Positions 1 through 15,000 of a DNA stretch of 64,000 nt are shown piece by piece. Position numbers and translations under genes: made by a program. The DNA comes from Lepidodermella squamata. Taxonomy: Eukaryota > Animalia > Gastrotricha. The stretch is taken from contig JBLDXI010000103.1 in NCBI GenBank assembly GCA_047495785.1, positions 166,247 through 230,246 on the forward strand. The letters run 5' to 3'. The notes under the pieces were generated by a model. The model made no database searches, was not told the origin of the DNA, and was given only the letters and a program-made list of their open reading frames with translations. The first letter of the stretch is position 1; every line of letters starts with the position of its first letter.

Positions 1-3000
1 GCGAATGTGGATCGGCTGTTCTGGTATCACGATGAATGCCGATGTTGGGGTCTGCCAGCGAGAAGATGGAAAACGGCTGCCCGCATATTACAAGTAATTA
101 CCTTCCCAAAACAGAACATCTTCAATAATAGCTGTAATTCTCTTTCAGTTATCGAAGTAATACAGTTGGAACAGCGGCCAACCCCCTTGAGGCTTATACG
201 AATGATGTAATGGTAAACTGGGCGGTTGTAGCGACGTACACCGCAAAAACGGTTTGCAAAGCCCCACCACCTCAAACCTCTCGTAAGTTCTCCCCGTAAA
301 CCATAACCCGAAAGACAATAGAGACGAGGTAGGGGAGGGTAGACCGAATAGCTTTTCACTTTTCACTCTTTGCCTCTTTTGTGAAGTAGTAAATGTTCTG
401 ATTTATTGACTAGTCTGCCCCCGGTTTACGACACGAGCTTTTGGCAACTGCTATTTATTTGTTTACGAGCCGAAATCTTTCGACGACGCGGACGCTTATT
501 GCGCTCGCTATGCTGCTGGTGGGCGTCTGACGCCAGCAACAGTTCCGGCTAAATTCTACCTTAACACACTCCTACCATTCAGCGCTAGTTCGTTCTGGAT
601 GGGTTTACGTTACACTAATCCGAGCACGGTGTCGCGCACTGACGGCACTGTCTGGGTGGCGGACTCCACATTTTTCGCCATTGACCAGCCAACAAGTGGC
701 ATCGACATGCGGGCGCCTTGTATCTACGCAGATGTTCGATCCAACTTTCAATTTCGAACAGCGCCATGTGAAGAACTGAAGACTTTCATGTGCGCTTTCC
801 CACCAGTCCTCTCGCAATATGCTCTGAATGCTTCAGTTTACGGCGTTCCTCCTTACGCTATGAGGACGTCTGCTACTGGGGTTTCGAACGCCCATCAAGG
901 CGTGATTGGATCTTCGAGCTCGATTTGTACCACATCAACATCTGACTACGTCCAGGTCGACTACTCCTGGTCGGTCAGAATCCTATCTGTCACTATAGAG
1001 TGCATCCCCCAAGCCACGTTATGCCCTAATAGCTATCAGCTGAAGTACAGTACTGATGGAAAGGTTTGGACAACTTACCTCTGGCAAACTGCAACTTACT
1101 ACTACGGTGTGAGTGGCACAAAACAGAGTATCACAGCTCCGTCAGCAAATTACTCAACATTGCTACCCCTCCTCGACAATACAAACAAAGTGATGACCCA
1201 CATTTTCTCAACATTTTTGCAAGCCCGATACATTCGATTGGCATCGCTGAGTACCACTGTTAAGAACTGTTTTCGCTTCAACTTTGCTGCGACGATAAGG
1301 GAAACAAGCACAGTGGCGGATTACGGCGTAGCTCGTCATTTCGGCCCTGTTGCACTCATCGCTCGGGTCAATGCCGGCCGATTTGCCGATATTCGGCTCA
1401 TGGTCCATCAATTTGGGTTTTCGCCCGTGCCTAGAATGACACTACCACCATCGCCCATTTCCTTATTCGACGACCCTGTTTACGTTCCGAGGATCGTTGG
1501 TACCCAGAAAATAACCATCATAGCAACGGACGCTGAGGGTTTCGAAGCTGTCACATCAGCGATGTTACCCCTTGAGACGAGGACTAGAGATTTGTTCATC
1601 ACCACCTGCCCTTCGACGGCTGATGCTGGAACTACAATGAAATGCTTCGTTAGGGCGGTTGGCGGGTCGAATTTTACGATGACTACAACGTATGGAGCTC
1701 TACTTCAAGGCCAACGACAGTATACCTCTCAAGTGTTGGGTTAGTTCCCAAATAATACCTGTTTCTTCATTAATTCTCGCAAATTTTCGAAATTTTCTGG
1801 AATTTTCAAACAAATTTCAAATTTGTAATCCAAAATCTGCGAATTTCCCAGAAAATTTCCGGAAATCTGGAAAACCCTGGGGCATTGTTAATTTTGTATT
1901 CTTTTCGCTGCAGCTACGCGGCGAGAGTATGGTATCATTGAGACGGTCGAAACACTTAAGATGGCATATCCATCGTGGGGCGCTGTAACTGCTCTGAACG
2001 TGAATTTCCCCTTTGACAAACATGCAACAGTATACGCGATCGAAGCTAGGTTTGTAGAGAGAATCTCATTCCCAACCCTTGGATTAACGCTCATTTTAGC
2101 TTGGATTTCCTTGGAAATGTCACGTTCTTCTTCATGGTTCCCGATTGCGCAGTTGGAACTACGTTTTGCATGCAAAGCTTCAGCTGCCTTAACAACACTT
2201 TGATCTGCAAGAACCAGCGACCTTCCCGGTTTTCCTTCAAATGTCAATCTGGCTATAAGCCCTGTGAAGATGGGAAGTCGTGCTGTTCCTACACCCTAAA
2301 CCCTCCAACAGTCCCTCCCTACAAGAACTACTACAACCTTACAAACGCTCCAAACAGCTATAAAGTTGTTGCGAAGCATGAGGCGATATTTCAATCAACG
2401 GGCCGGCAAATTTACTACATACCAGCTGATGCGATTCAAGAGTACCCGCCTGGAACAATCCTAGCCGCTGCCGTTCCAGTTGCTAACGCTTATGGAATGG
2501 CAAGGTTGAAGTTTTATAACATCACCGATATCCCGGTCTATACAGTCGCTGGTGCGACTGCAACAGTAAACACTTCATACCCGGCTACAGGAACGACTAA
2601 GAGAATCGGTCTACCTATGATTCGAGCGATAACTGTCGACTCTACTACCTTTGGCCTTCATATATCATGGCAAGGGAATTGCGGTCCTGTACCTTTCACG
2701 GCTTCTACTGTCGATTCAAATTGGCCTGATAACGTTTTGATTGCTACGACAAACATCACAATCAATTCAGACTGTTCTAGGCCTGATCTGGTTTCTCAGG
2801 GTTTCATTTACGCCCAAACTGTTGCAAAGTTCAATTTGACTCGCGTTTTCAACTGCTATTGCCGTTACGAGATCAAATGGAGCGATTCAGCGGCTGGTTA
2901 CGTTCCTCTGACTTGGTCGGACCTGGACAATTTTGTTGAAATGCAGCGAGTTTTCCCTGATGCTGGGAAATACATCTTATACCTTAGAGTTTACAATTTT

Positions 3001-6000
3001 CTCAACGAGTCCTTTTTTAACGTGAGAAGATTTTATCGTCAAGGGCTATCTATGCCTACTCATTTTTATACTAGATCACGATAAGTGTTCTGAATTCGAT
3101 ATCGGAAATCGATGTCAGAACACCAAACTTCCCTGCTTCATCCGTAGATATTCCAGTTGCCGTTGAGGTTGTCGCATATACTGGAAGCTCTTTCGACGAT
3201 GGTATGTTCTTTATTGTACATGAGGGGCCATTTGTTTAATGGTTTTTTAAAGGAATGGTGAGAAATTGGTCGATTTCTTATGGGGATCATTCTGTTTACG
3301 AGAGCTTTGACATGCCGCGTGATATTGCTGAAAATGGGACATGCCAACCTGGCTGGACCTTGATCAGGTCGACTGGGCTTTGCTTGATGTTCGTTAACGT
3401 TTCACTAGCCTATGGAGATGCAGAGAACTATTGCGCCTCTATGGGCGCAACTTTGCCTTACCTTCCAGCGTCATTCGGCTTGAGTATATCTGATGTTAAA
3501 GCTTTAATGACAGCGCTCGGAGACACTGCTGCTATAATGTGGGACGGCGCTAGTAAGATGCGCAGCAAACCGGGCTTCACGATTACTGCTTCGAACGATG
3601 TTGCTAGGATCACCAACGCATATTTCTCATCAGCGCAGCTTTGCTACTCTTGGACTCCCTATACTGCCACTATGTATGGGACTCAAGACTGCTCTGATAA
3701 ATTCCGATTCTTCTGCCAACAGCCTATTCAAAGTAAGTTTGTCTTGCAATCGAAATTTGATTCATTTCAATCAAATTGTCCCAGATTTCAAGCTATGTGG
3801 TCCAGAAGGCGAGCTGTGGTCAATTTACGGTGGTATTTGTTACAGGGCTTTTACGGACAGAGCTGAGACGTGGTCAAACTCGGCTGACCGCTGCAGAGAT
3901 ATGGGAGGGCAACTGATGAGTCTCAGAGGCCCTGCAAGCGACGTCAAAGCTTTCGGAGATTACATTAAACAATTTGTAAATTCCAGTTTTCAATACAGCG
4001 TAAACTGCGCTCGCGGTTTCAATTATTCAAGAATTTGTTCCGATTTTTTCGGCAATGTCTATCGTTATGATGGAACCCTGAGTACATTAACCCGGTTCAC
4101 TTTTAATCTGAACACCAGCCAGTTGACTCCAACATCGGCATCAGCGTATGCGATCTGCGAGCGGCCCTTCATGTCCCAAGCAAAACCCCGGCTCTACTTC
4201 AATCGATTAGCTAATCGGCGACTTATTCCATCGACGGATCCCGCCATCAACTGCCCACAGGGTATGGCACAGGCCGGTTCGACTTGCTTCGGCCTGGTGA
4301 AAGACCCGGAAACCTTGGAAGATGCTGCTTCGAAGTGCAAAGGTCTATTCGATGGATATTTGGCCCGATTAAGTAATTCGAGTGATAACTCCTTTGCAAC
4401 ACAACTCATTTCTGCCGGGGGTATTGCCGAAGCTTGGATTGGGTTAACCACTGGAGGGGTGTCAAATTCTTGGCTATGGTTAGATGGAACTGGACTACTC
4501 GCAGAACAGCCCTATCTTAATTGGGCTGGCCAGTCGAATCCCCTAACTTCGCCAAAGGTTAGTGGAGCTTCAATTTTAGCTTCAACTGGTAAATGGAGCG
4601 TTCAAGATTCTGCGGTTGCTAAACCTTATGTTTGCATGAGGAAGCCGTTACAGCAACGCGTTTTCTCAGGAAGTTGCGACAGTTACGCCAACAATCTGAG
4701 CCATCGAAACGGGCTGTGTTTGATGAGTCCAATGTTAAACAGCCCAGCAGCTGCTTCTGCGGCTAATAAGTCATGCTTGAACCTAATCGGCGGAAAATTG
4801 TTAGAGCCAATCACTGGGGATCAATGGCAACAAGCTGTTCGCTTTATCTTCGAAACTGTTCAATGGAACGGGCCTACCGAACCTATTTGGACGGGACTGA
4901 TTTACAACCAAATGGGAATAGTCAGCCCCATTGCTGATCAGGCTGTTTATGTGAAATGGCCGCTTGGTTACCAGCCTAATTTAGCTCTAGGCGGCTGTGT
5001 GGCTTTGTATCCTGAAGGTTACGCGAAACTTGCGCCTTGTAGCAACAGCTATCGTTACGCCTGCCAGGTGGCAGCTGTGAAATGCCCAATGGGTTGGCAA
5101 AGTTGGGGAGGAATGTGCTACAAGAGCTCAGAGGACGATACAACGCTGCAATCGTACACCGTGCCAGATGTTACAGGCAGTACCTGTCGGCTTTTGTTGG
5201 ACTCTTATCCAACTTCGTTGGCTAGTGCCGCTGAAATCATTGGAATTCGCTCGATTCCTTACGCAGGCTTGCCGTCCCGAATAGCAACAGGTCAAACACT
5301 ACCGAGTAATAATAATCTTATAAAATCGGATAGTGGAAGGCCGATATATTCGCCAAATAAGCCGGTGAATGTAACAAGATACCGCCTCTACATCAACGAA
5401 ACTAATCAAGTGGCTTATATCATTGATACGGACACTCCGCTTCCAATGCAAGTGGTATGCCAACGCCCTACAACGATCAACCCAGACGACTGTGCTCTAG
5501 CTTGCCTGACCTCGAGAGTCGAACCCTGCAGCACATTTGAGTATAGGGGCGAAAGCTGTCTGCTATTCAGCGAAGCTATAACGACCAATACTTATGGTAT
5601 TCGCAACTCTAACGGCTACTCAGACCTATACACTTTGGATGAAGGAGCTAATCGATGCTCTGATTCTGTGTTAGCCTCGATCCAAGGAATTCAGTACTCA
5701 GGGCGGGACAATGAGTCAAACCCTAGCAACGCACGTTACAGATCGGGAGGTAAAGGATTCGTCCCAGTTTCCTCTTCAGATTACCTCGAGGTAGAACTTC
5801 ACTGTCAATTTTCGTTGATATCCCTAATTTTTTAAATTTAGATTCTGTTCCCTCATCTGGTATCGCTATACAGTTTTACAATCGCAACGGTTACATCCAG
5901 TTTCGTGACTTCAATTCGATTCGAATGTGGTTATAGCCTGAACGACCCCTATGCACCTTGTTTCCTAACTGAAGACAATAACTATCAAGTATTTCAAGTT

Positions 6001-9000
6001 CAACCGAAAGCGGACCCAACGATCATCGACTTCCCGAAATTCATCACAATCCGCCGCATTCGAGTCGTCCCAGTTACCTTTTCCGGCTGGCCGAATTACC
6101 AAATCGAGTTCTCAGGTTGCCAAACGATTCTAGGGGTAACAAGAAGGATTCACAAGTATTCCAAAGTTGGGACATATCAGGCCGAGTTGAGCACATCTTC
6201 CGGTCAGAGTTCTACAAGTTTTCTTGTGGCGGACGCTGTTGGTTTGCTAGACGTCAAATTGCCAGCTGCTTTACGGGTTGGCTCGGGTTACCAAATTCCT
6301 TTCAACTATAGTTCGACATCATTTGCTAGCGCTAATGCTTCATTCTTCGGCCAACCTGTTCCGACAACTGTTTTCGCGAATAAGTCCGGGATTATCTCTA
6401 TACCTAAAGAGCTAGTTGGCGCTTATGGGATTGATGGAAATGTTACCTTGAACGTATCATTGGATAACCCTATATCAGACCCAGTGACTTTCGACTTTGT
6501 GACATACGTCGAATTCCCAATAACTTGGCTGAATGTCACGTCAAATCAAACTGCCGAATACGGAGCATATCGCGCTGAGCCTGTCCGTTTCTATCTCAGC
6601 GGGTCGAATTGTTCAAGATGTAGCCTCAACATTACTTTCCAAACTCCATTTGGCTACACTAGTCGCGTGATTTATTTCCCCCTATTTTCCGACGCGAAAG
6701 TCTTCTCTGATGTCCTTTTCGCTTGGGATGCAGTTGGGTTATACTCCGTGAATTTTGTGATGAAGAATTTGGTTAGCTCAGCCTCGACATCGATAACAGT
6801 AGCTGTGGAAAGCCCGGCGAGAAATTTCTATTTTGAAACCACCCTAATCAATGCCCTACCGAAGTTTGGAGCTATTCCTCTTTCATGCGCTGTAGGCTAT
6901 AGAGGAGATGCTATCGACTACCCGAAATGGCCGAGACAGCCAGATTACTCAATCACAATGTGGGACGGGACTGTTATAGCTGGGAGATTCAGCGTTAACA
7001 ACATCCCAAACTCCGGGTACCTGAACTTCAACATCTTTACCTTTCAACACATTTGGGGTGAAATCGGGAACTACCCCGTCGTAGTCACGTTTTCAAACGC
7101 GAATTCTAACTTCACAAAGATTTACTACGTCGAGTTTCAGCAGACCATTGCAGAGGTCCAACTCGCGCCGGTAACTCCTGAATTGGTTGGAACTGGTGGT
7201 TCGGCAAACATCTCAATCCAAGTAGTTTGGGGTGCGCCCTATCAATACATGATTAAATACGATGGCTATGAATCACCCTGGTCTGAAATGCTGAATGATA
7301 CAGAAGTCATAGCTTCAATTCCATTCCCCGACCCTGGAGACTATAGACCATCAGTTACCCTGAGGAACTTGGTCAGCACGTATGGACCGATTCCTTTAAA
7401 TGTGATGTATAAGGTCGCTATACCAATCAGCGACCAACTGTTTGTGGTGAAGGCTGATCCCAAGTTCGGCCAACTTGGACGAAACACAAACGGAGTAATG
7501 TCGTCCTCCTTAATCAATATTGGCGTATGGCGTAATAAGACTGAACCTTTTGCTGATGGCATGCGGGCCGTTGTCTATTACGGGGATGGCGAGATGTTGG
7601 ACTTTGGCATGTTCTACTGCGATCCTGCCTATGAAGGAAATGTTAATGGCGAGTTGATGCAATGCTCAAATTTCCGTCATACTTACAAGTCATCAGGGAA
7701 TTTTGAGCCGAAAGTAGTGGTGAAAAACGCTGTTTCAACTGCTGAATACTCTACAATCGTCCCAATTTACTTCGAAATTCCTAACGATCTTGCCATTTCA
7801 ATTTATTACCGCCTTGATAGCTCTTCGCCTTGGATGAGAGGGCTCGGACAGGATCGGAACTACGTAATTGCTGGGAGTGAAGTTCTCTTCTCGTCAAACG
7901 CACCGATCGGTGCTCTGTTTCAAGTTTGTTGGGTTTTCGGCGATGGTTACTCATCGGCTTGCCCGTCTGAGTTCACTCCAACACCATTTGAGGCCAGTCA
8001 TACCTTCAAAAACGAAACAGCATGTGGAGCTTACAAGGAATCGTGTAGCTTCACGGCTGTAATGAACCTCAGTAGTCCATTTCAGTGGACCGATGCTAAA
8101 TTGGACTTTTACATCCAGAAATTGTCGAAAAACGTCAAGATACAAGTTCCGTACACTGATGCGATCAAACATGAGACATTCCTCAAGATCACTTTCGACG
8201 AACTCGGAACTGATGGTATGTGGCCTTAATTAGGTTAAATCAAATTATTTCAACTCTGATTCCAGCTTGTGTTTTCGTCGATTTTGGCTCTGATTACGTG
8301 GATGATGCGCGCCGCATCCTCCGAGGCTCTGAGTACATGTGTGCGAATTTTTATAACGACCTTGAATTACTCCGCACCTTGAGGCCCCTCTCAAAGACTG
8401 AACGCCTAACTAGAAAAATTACTCTTCCTGTTACATTTACCAGGAAGGGTGCTTATACGGTAAAGGCTAGCGTTCGAAACATGGTTGATACCTACGATTG
8501 GGTTAGCTATCCTCAGGATATGCAGAAAGCAATTGTTATCACGAATGGGCCCTGTTCGAAACCTATAGTGAACGTTCAAAAGGTTCCCTTCTCACTTCGA
8601 GGCCAAGATTTACCAATTCAAGCATCCTTGAGGCGAAACTGTTCAACGACATTGAAAATCTCGCAAAACTGGACAATGGAATTTTCAGAAGACCAGGTTT
8701 CATGGGAAAATGTTACTACAACTCTCATCCCATCATCGCTGCGTAGCAATGTTTTCACCGATAAGGAAGGTATCAGCCAAATCAGAGACCTTTCACTGTA
8801 CTTCGAAAAGGGCAAACTTCAAATCGGGTTCCATCGCTTTACTCTGGAAGTCGATATGCCAGAAGAACCATTTTTCACCGAAAATATCCAGTTTGTCACG
8901 GAAATTCAACGGTCCTTAATCATGGCTCAGTTCAAGCCTAATGTGGCTTTTATAGACGTAGTATCTGGGGAAGGGAAAAGCCACATAATCGACTTCAAAT

Positions 9001-12000
9001 CATCAATTTTCGACCCAGATTCTCCAGGACAGAATAATCTCAACATTTCGCTCTACTGCAGGCGCGTTTGCGAAGGGCCCTGGCCTGAGTTTGAAGATTA
9101 TGCTTCCGCATCGGCCTTTGTCAAAAATCCCCAGGCCTATTTCAAGCCGAAGAAATGCGCCACGACGAGCGCTGTGGATTTCAAACTTAAAGCGGACCTA
9201 CCAGGGTGTTTTATCTATGGTTGGCATGCTAATCAAGATGCGAAAACAGGATTAGTACCTGATACTGATCTATCTCCGTCTGTGAACCTACCAGCCCTTG
9301 TTCGATCTTTCACTGACCAGAATTCGCGAACTTACAATGTGACAGCCTATAAATATGATGGGAAATCGCTTAGTCTAAGCACTGAATTCATGTTCACGAA
9401 TCAAAGCTACAACGTTTTAGCAGTGATTTTGGACGAAGCTACAGAACGATTCGCTGTCGTTAGCCAGTCGTTTGCCTTGAGTCCCGAAAAGCCTATCTCA
9501 GGCTTAGTAACGTAAGTTTGTCATTAAAAAATTCTTTTGACAGTTCTACGTCATGCGTCATATAGAAACTTGGCCAACTGCGGGAGTAAATACAAACTGG
9601 GGTGTCTCGCTAATCCGAATGCGAGAATTTCATTCCGGCGAACTATTGAAAACCCAGTATCGGGACAAGTTTATTCTTACAACTGGTATTTCATTCCCAT
9701 TCCCATCGACCGGTTTTCCGAGTTCGAAGACACCTTAACCACGGCTATGAACTCGCAAGCCGATCTCCTAGGTCTGGAAACTTTGCAAAACTGGTCTTCG
9801 CTAACATCTACAGGAAGATACGGGCCCGATGTTTCATTCAATGCAAATTCGTTTGGTGAAGAGACAAATGTTACGTTCTTCGCGCTGATTTCAGAGGTTA
9901 GTTTAGGGAGCAACTCGCGCCCTGGTAGATCAGCGGTCTTCGTGTACATCGACCAACCGCCGAATGTAACATCAGCCTCGTGCAACTACGAACCTGCCGA
10001 TGGCATAGCACTAAAGACCTTATTTTCGAGTTATTGCCACGGATTTTCAGACTCGGACGATGCGGTTTTGAAGAAATTCATTTTCGCGGCATACAATTGC
10101 GAGAATTGCGATCCTATCTTCATTACACCGATAGCTCAAGTCTATCCTGAGTTGAAAATGGTCCAATTACCTGTTGGAGATCAGAACAACAACTACAGCG
10201 TTACAATACGAGTTTTCGCTTATGATTCTGTGGATGCGATGGCTTACGTCGATATCACTGGTATCAGGGTTGAGCCACTACACGATTTGCTGTTTATTCA
10301 AAGCCAATTAAATCAGTTGACTATCATGGCTCCTAACTTGACTGCTGAGCTCCTTGTCAGCCAGCTGTTGCCTCTGATCGACGCCTTGAACTCTTTCTCA
10401 GTTACGGAACCTTATGAAGGAAATTGGACTATACTAAGTATTTCTAATTTCTACCTCTTTCCTGAGATGATTATTACAATTTCTTTCTTAGATGACCCGA
10501 ACAACCCTGAATATCAGTCTGAAGTGGATGAAGTCAATGCGGATTTCAGACGGTTCCAATATGAGATGAACTTCGTAACCAAGGTTGGATAGCTCGATTT
10601 AGTGTCTATTTGTCTCACAGTTGAATTTGATTAAGGCTCGGGAAGCTGCGATCGAGATGCTCCAAGAAGTCGACTCTTCAAAGCTGAACATTCAAGCGTT
10701 GAAATCGCTATTCTCCTTGACATCTCTGATCACTAATGTCCCGGAACAAATTACGAGTATCAGCGCTCAGCTGTCTCTCATCAATGTCTTACAACCGGCA
10801 ATAGTGAGGGTGTCGAACCTAACAAGTGATAGAAGTATCGACCCAAATGAGCTGGAAATGGTCTCCAGTGCTGGTGTTGCGGCTATGGGAATGCTGTACG
10901 AAGCTATCGAGAAAATGGCGACGTATTCAATGCCATCGAATCCTCTCGGCAACCTGTATACCACTACAACTCTTGTTCCTACAACTAGTGACGATTTCTT
11001 CACGGATCCCCCGACGACTCAGTCACCTGCTCTGTCCCGATTGATCAGCTCAATGTTGAAGTTGAGGGATCAGGCGATGAATTTGGTTCTGAGTAACAAG
11101 GGGGTTAGTGAAAAGCGGACAGTGATTGGCGGTGAGACTTCGAAAATGTCTCTATCAGCTGATTATATTCGAAATTTGGATGAAGGTTGGTTTAATCCGG
11201 CCCTTTTAATCACGAATTGTCATTTCATGTTTTTCTAGTTGAGATTCTGGTTGGTGACGATGACGATTGCGGAAGGTTCAAACTAGGCAACAAAACCGAA
11301 ATATTCGGGCCATCATTCGGGTCCATGAGCAATAGTGCATTCGATGATGTCAAAATACGGATCAAAGCCTCAATGGATTCTGGAAATATGTATTCCACAG
11401 TTCAGAAGAGCCCTACCCAAATCAACTCCCTGATTCAATCTCTTTCTTTGACCGATGAGAATGGCAAGGAGATTGTAGTGAAAAATCTCAAACAACCAAT
11501 TGAAGTTGTGATCGAATCGAAAAACAGCAGAACCCCAAACAAGATTCTTACTGGAGCCTTGAGTTATGCGACCTCGAGAACGATGAAGTTTATCAACCTC
11601 CCTGTTGTCGAAAACGCAGCTGTTTTCGTGTCTATTGATCAAATTTTCGATATCAGAACCTCTGAATTCGCTTCTAACACGTCCTGTAATCTAAATAAGC
11701 CAAATTGTTCCGATCCTTACTCGAACTTAACATTGTCAATTGGGAATCGAAATCTGACTGTTCATGAGCTGAATGGAACGAGCGAAGAGGTTGTTTTCTT
11801 CGTTTTCGTCAATCGAGATGGAATTTTCCCGCGGGAAGGGGTGGATGGAGCGAATTTGGGCTGTATGTTGCCCCAGACCTTGATTCAAGAGCAAATCGAA
11901 TCCATTAAAAAACCTCAAACAACTCTGAAGATTCCGATGAATACAACAGCTGGGAATATCACTACAACCTCATCCCCAACTACTACAGTAACGCCCGTCA

Positions 12001-15000
12001 CCAACTCGAAGTTCACGCAATCTGGCTCCAAAAAGGTGTGCAAAAATAACCCAACTTTACCGAGAAATTCCTGCTTCTTCAAAGATACTGATCTCTTGCT
12101 CAGGTTTGAACTCAAATGATTTGATCGATTTTACTCACATTATTATTCACTTTCTAGGAATAACTCGGCTAAACTCTTTGTGGGAATCAGAGCTCTGCCC
12201 ATCCGGATGATAAGGCAGCTCATAACAGACCTATACAACGAGTATGGGTCAAACTTCAATGCTTCGACTGTGATAAATCGAGCTATGACCCGATACCTCA
12301 ATCAAACAGTTTCAGCCCTTATCAGCTACGAAAGTTACTCAGCTAGTTGCGTTTTCTGGGATCCTAGTCTTAGCGATTGGTCTTACGAGGGCTGCTATGT
12401 TGGCCAGTCTACAACAGCTGGTGGCAATCCTAGCCTTACCCAGTGTTTCTGCAACCATCTCACGGCTTTCGGATCTAATTTCGACATCCCTATGAACACT
12501 TTCAACCCTGGAGATTCGGCATTCACTAAATTAGATCAAAACCCTGTCTGTTTCGCATTTGGTATCTGTATAATTTGCGTTTATATCACCCTTGTTATCT
12601 GGGCGAGGCGGAAAGATAGGGAAGATGAGGCGAAATGGGGGTCGTTACCTTTGATTGATAACAAAGATAAGGATCGCTATACCTACGAGATAACAGTCTG
12701 GACTGGGCAGAGAAGAGGGGCTGGAACCACAGCCCGGGTTTCATTCATTTTGTCTGGGGAGGATAGCGAGACTGGCCCTAGAATGTTGGACGACGTGGAT
12801 AGGCCAATACTGAAGCGGGGTAACGTGGATTCCTTCATAATGACTGTTCCTAAGTCATTAGGAAAGCTGACCCAACTCAGAATCTGGCATGATAACTCGG
12901 GGAAGGATCCGGCTTGGTATTTCGCTCGGATGATGGTTTATGACATTCAGCGGAATCAGCAATTCTTCTTTGTTTGCGATCGATGGTTGGCGGTTGAGGA
13001 GGATGATGGAATGGTTGAGCGGGTCCTACCACCAGCGAGTCGGAAGCAACTAGCTACCTTTGAGCATCTTTTCTTCGTGAAGTCTCAGAGAAAGCTCACA
13101 GATGGCCACATGTGGATTTCCGTGTTCAGCCGACCCCCTAGATCAGCATTCACTCGAACTCAACGAATTACTTGTTGCTTATCTGTAAGATTCTTATTTT
13201 TCTGTTTCTAACTATTCATCCGTATTTTCAGATCTTGTATTGTACAATGTTGGCTAACATCATGTTCTTCGGAATTTCTCGTGATGGTCCAGGCTCTGTT
13301 CAACTCAAGTTAGGTCCTTTATCCATGAGTACTGACAAGATCAAAATCAGCATAATTTCCTCGCTAATCGTTTTGCCTGTTAATCTTGTCATCGCTCAAT
13401 TATTCCGGAAGAGTAGACGCCGCCTAACCGAGAGCGAGAAAGCTGTGAAAAAGCTAGTTGACGAAGCTAAGGCCAAGAAAACTCTCATAAGGAAAACCCC
13501 TTCGAATGAAAGCGCTATAATCCTCGTTGATGAGCCTAATGAACGGAGGAAACCCAAGAAAGGGAAGGCTAAGGAAAAGAAAGTTCCATTCACCCTACCT
13601 TGGCAATGCACGATCCTCGCTTACATACTGTCGTTTGTAACTGTTGGAGTTGCGTTTTGGGCTGTAGTCGAGTATGGCGGAGCTCTAGGCCCGGAAAAGG
13701 CCACTGAATGGCTAGCAGCTATGTGCCTCTCTCTAGTTACCGATATCTTACTACTCCAACCGCTGAAAATCGTGGGTTTAGCAGTTTTCTACGCTTTGGT
13801 AATTAAAAACCCGACCAAGGATGAAGATGTAGAGGAACACATGATTCTTAGAAGTGACGAGAGTTACCTGCGGCCCCCGAAAAAAACTGAGTACGAACTA
13901 GCTCAGATTGAGAAACAGCGTCTTGAAGTTGAGAAAAAACGACTTCATTACGTATATCTACCACCAGACCCTGACGAACTACGCCTAGCTCGAGATATCC
14001 GACTAAAGGAGCTAGCAATGTGGAGAGTTATCAAAGAAATTGCGTCCTATGTAATTTTCCTCTATATGATCATGTTCGTGGCTTATAATAATGTGGATTC
14101 GTGGGGCTGGCAGTTCCAAACTTCGACTCGTTTGATGTTCTTCGAGGGAAAAATCGGCGATTTAGCTGCTCCGCCTATCGATGCTTCATCATCGGGCGGG
14201 GGTAAGAGTGCGAAACATGCCCAGGCTGAAGATGCTGCTGGAAGGTCGGGTGAGGGGGCGATTTGGCAGATATCGTCCTATGACGGGTTTTGGTACTACG
14301 TCAACCATACAGTCCTACCCACTTTGTTAGACTCGTCTTGGTACAATGGCGATCCTGATGACCAAAGAGGTTCTTACACCAAAGATAAGGCCATCTATCT
14401 AACAGGGACGATTCGACTACGTCAACTGAGGGTCAAAAGTGACTCGTGCAGGGTTCAGAAGCATTTCAGGAAGACTAGCCCGCCATGCTCTCCGGAGTAT
14501 TCGATTCTGAATCAGGAGACTCGAAATTTCACTGTAGGATGGGGGCAGGAGGCTTTTCTCAATAAAAATGGGACCATGGATTATGACATCTCACAATACC
14601 CAGGCTGGACCTATGCCAATACTCTGAAATCAGGGAGCAGCCCGAGTTACGGCTCAATGGCTCTTTATGACGGGGGTGGGTATATGGTCGATATTCCGAA
14701 GAGTCTCGAAACTGGGCGGAACTTCTTAACCCAACTCTACGAAAACAAATGGCTTGATGAGAAAACCCGGGCTGTTTTCATCGAATTCAACCTGTATAGT
14801 CCATCTCGCAGCCTTTTCGGAGTTTCTCAAACTATTCTCGAATTCCCATCCACCGGTGGTTGTTTGATCTACCCCTACATCTACACCCTCAAATTCCAGG
14901 CTTATAGTTCAAGCGGCGAGATTGTTGTCCTCGCGCTGCAGTTGGTAACATTGGCCGTGGTTTTCTTCCTATTTTTCCGAGAATGCCACAAAGCTAGAAA

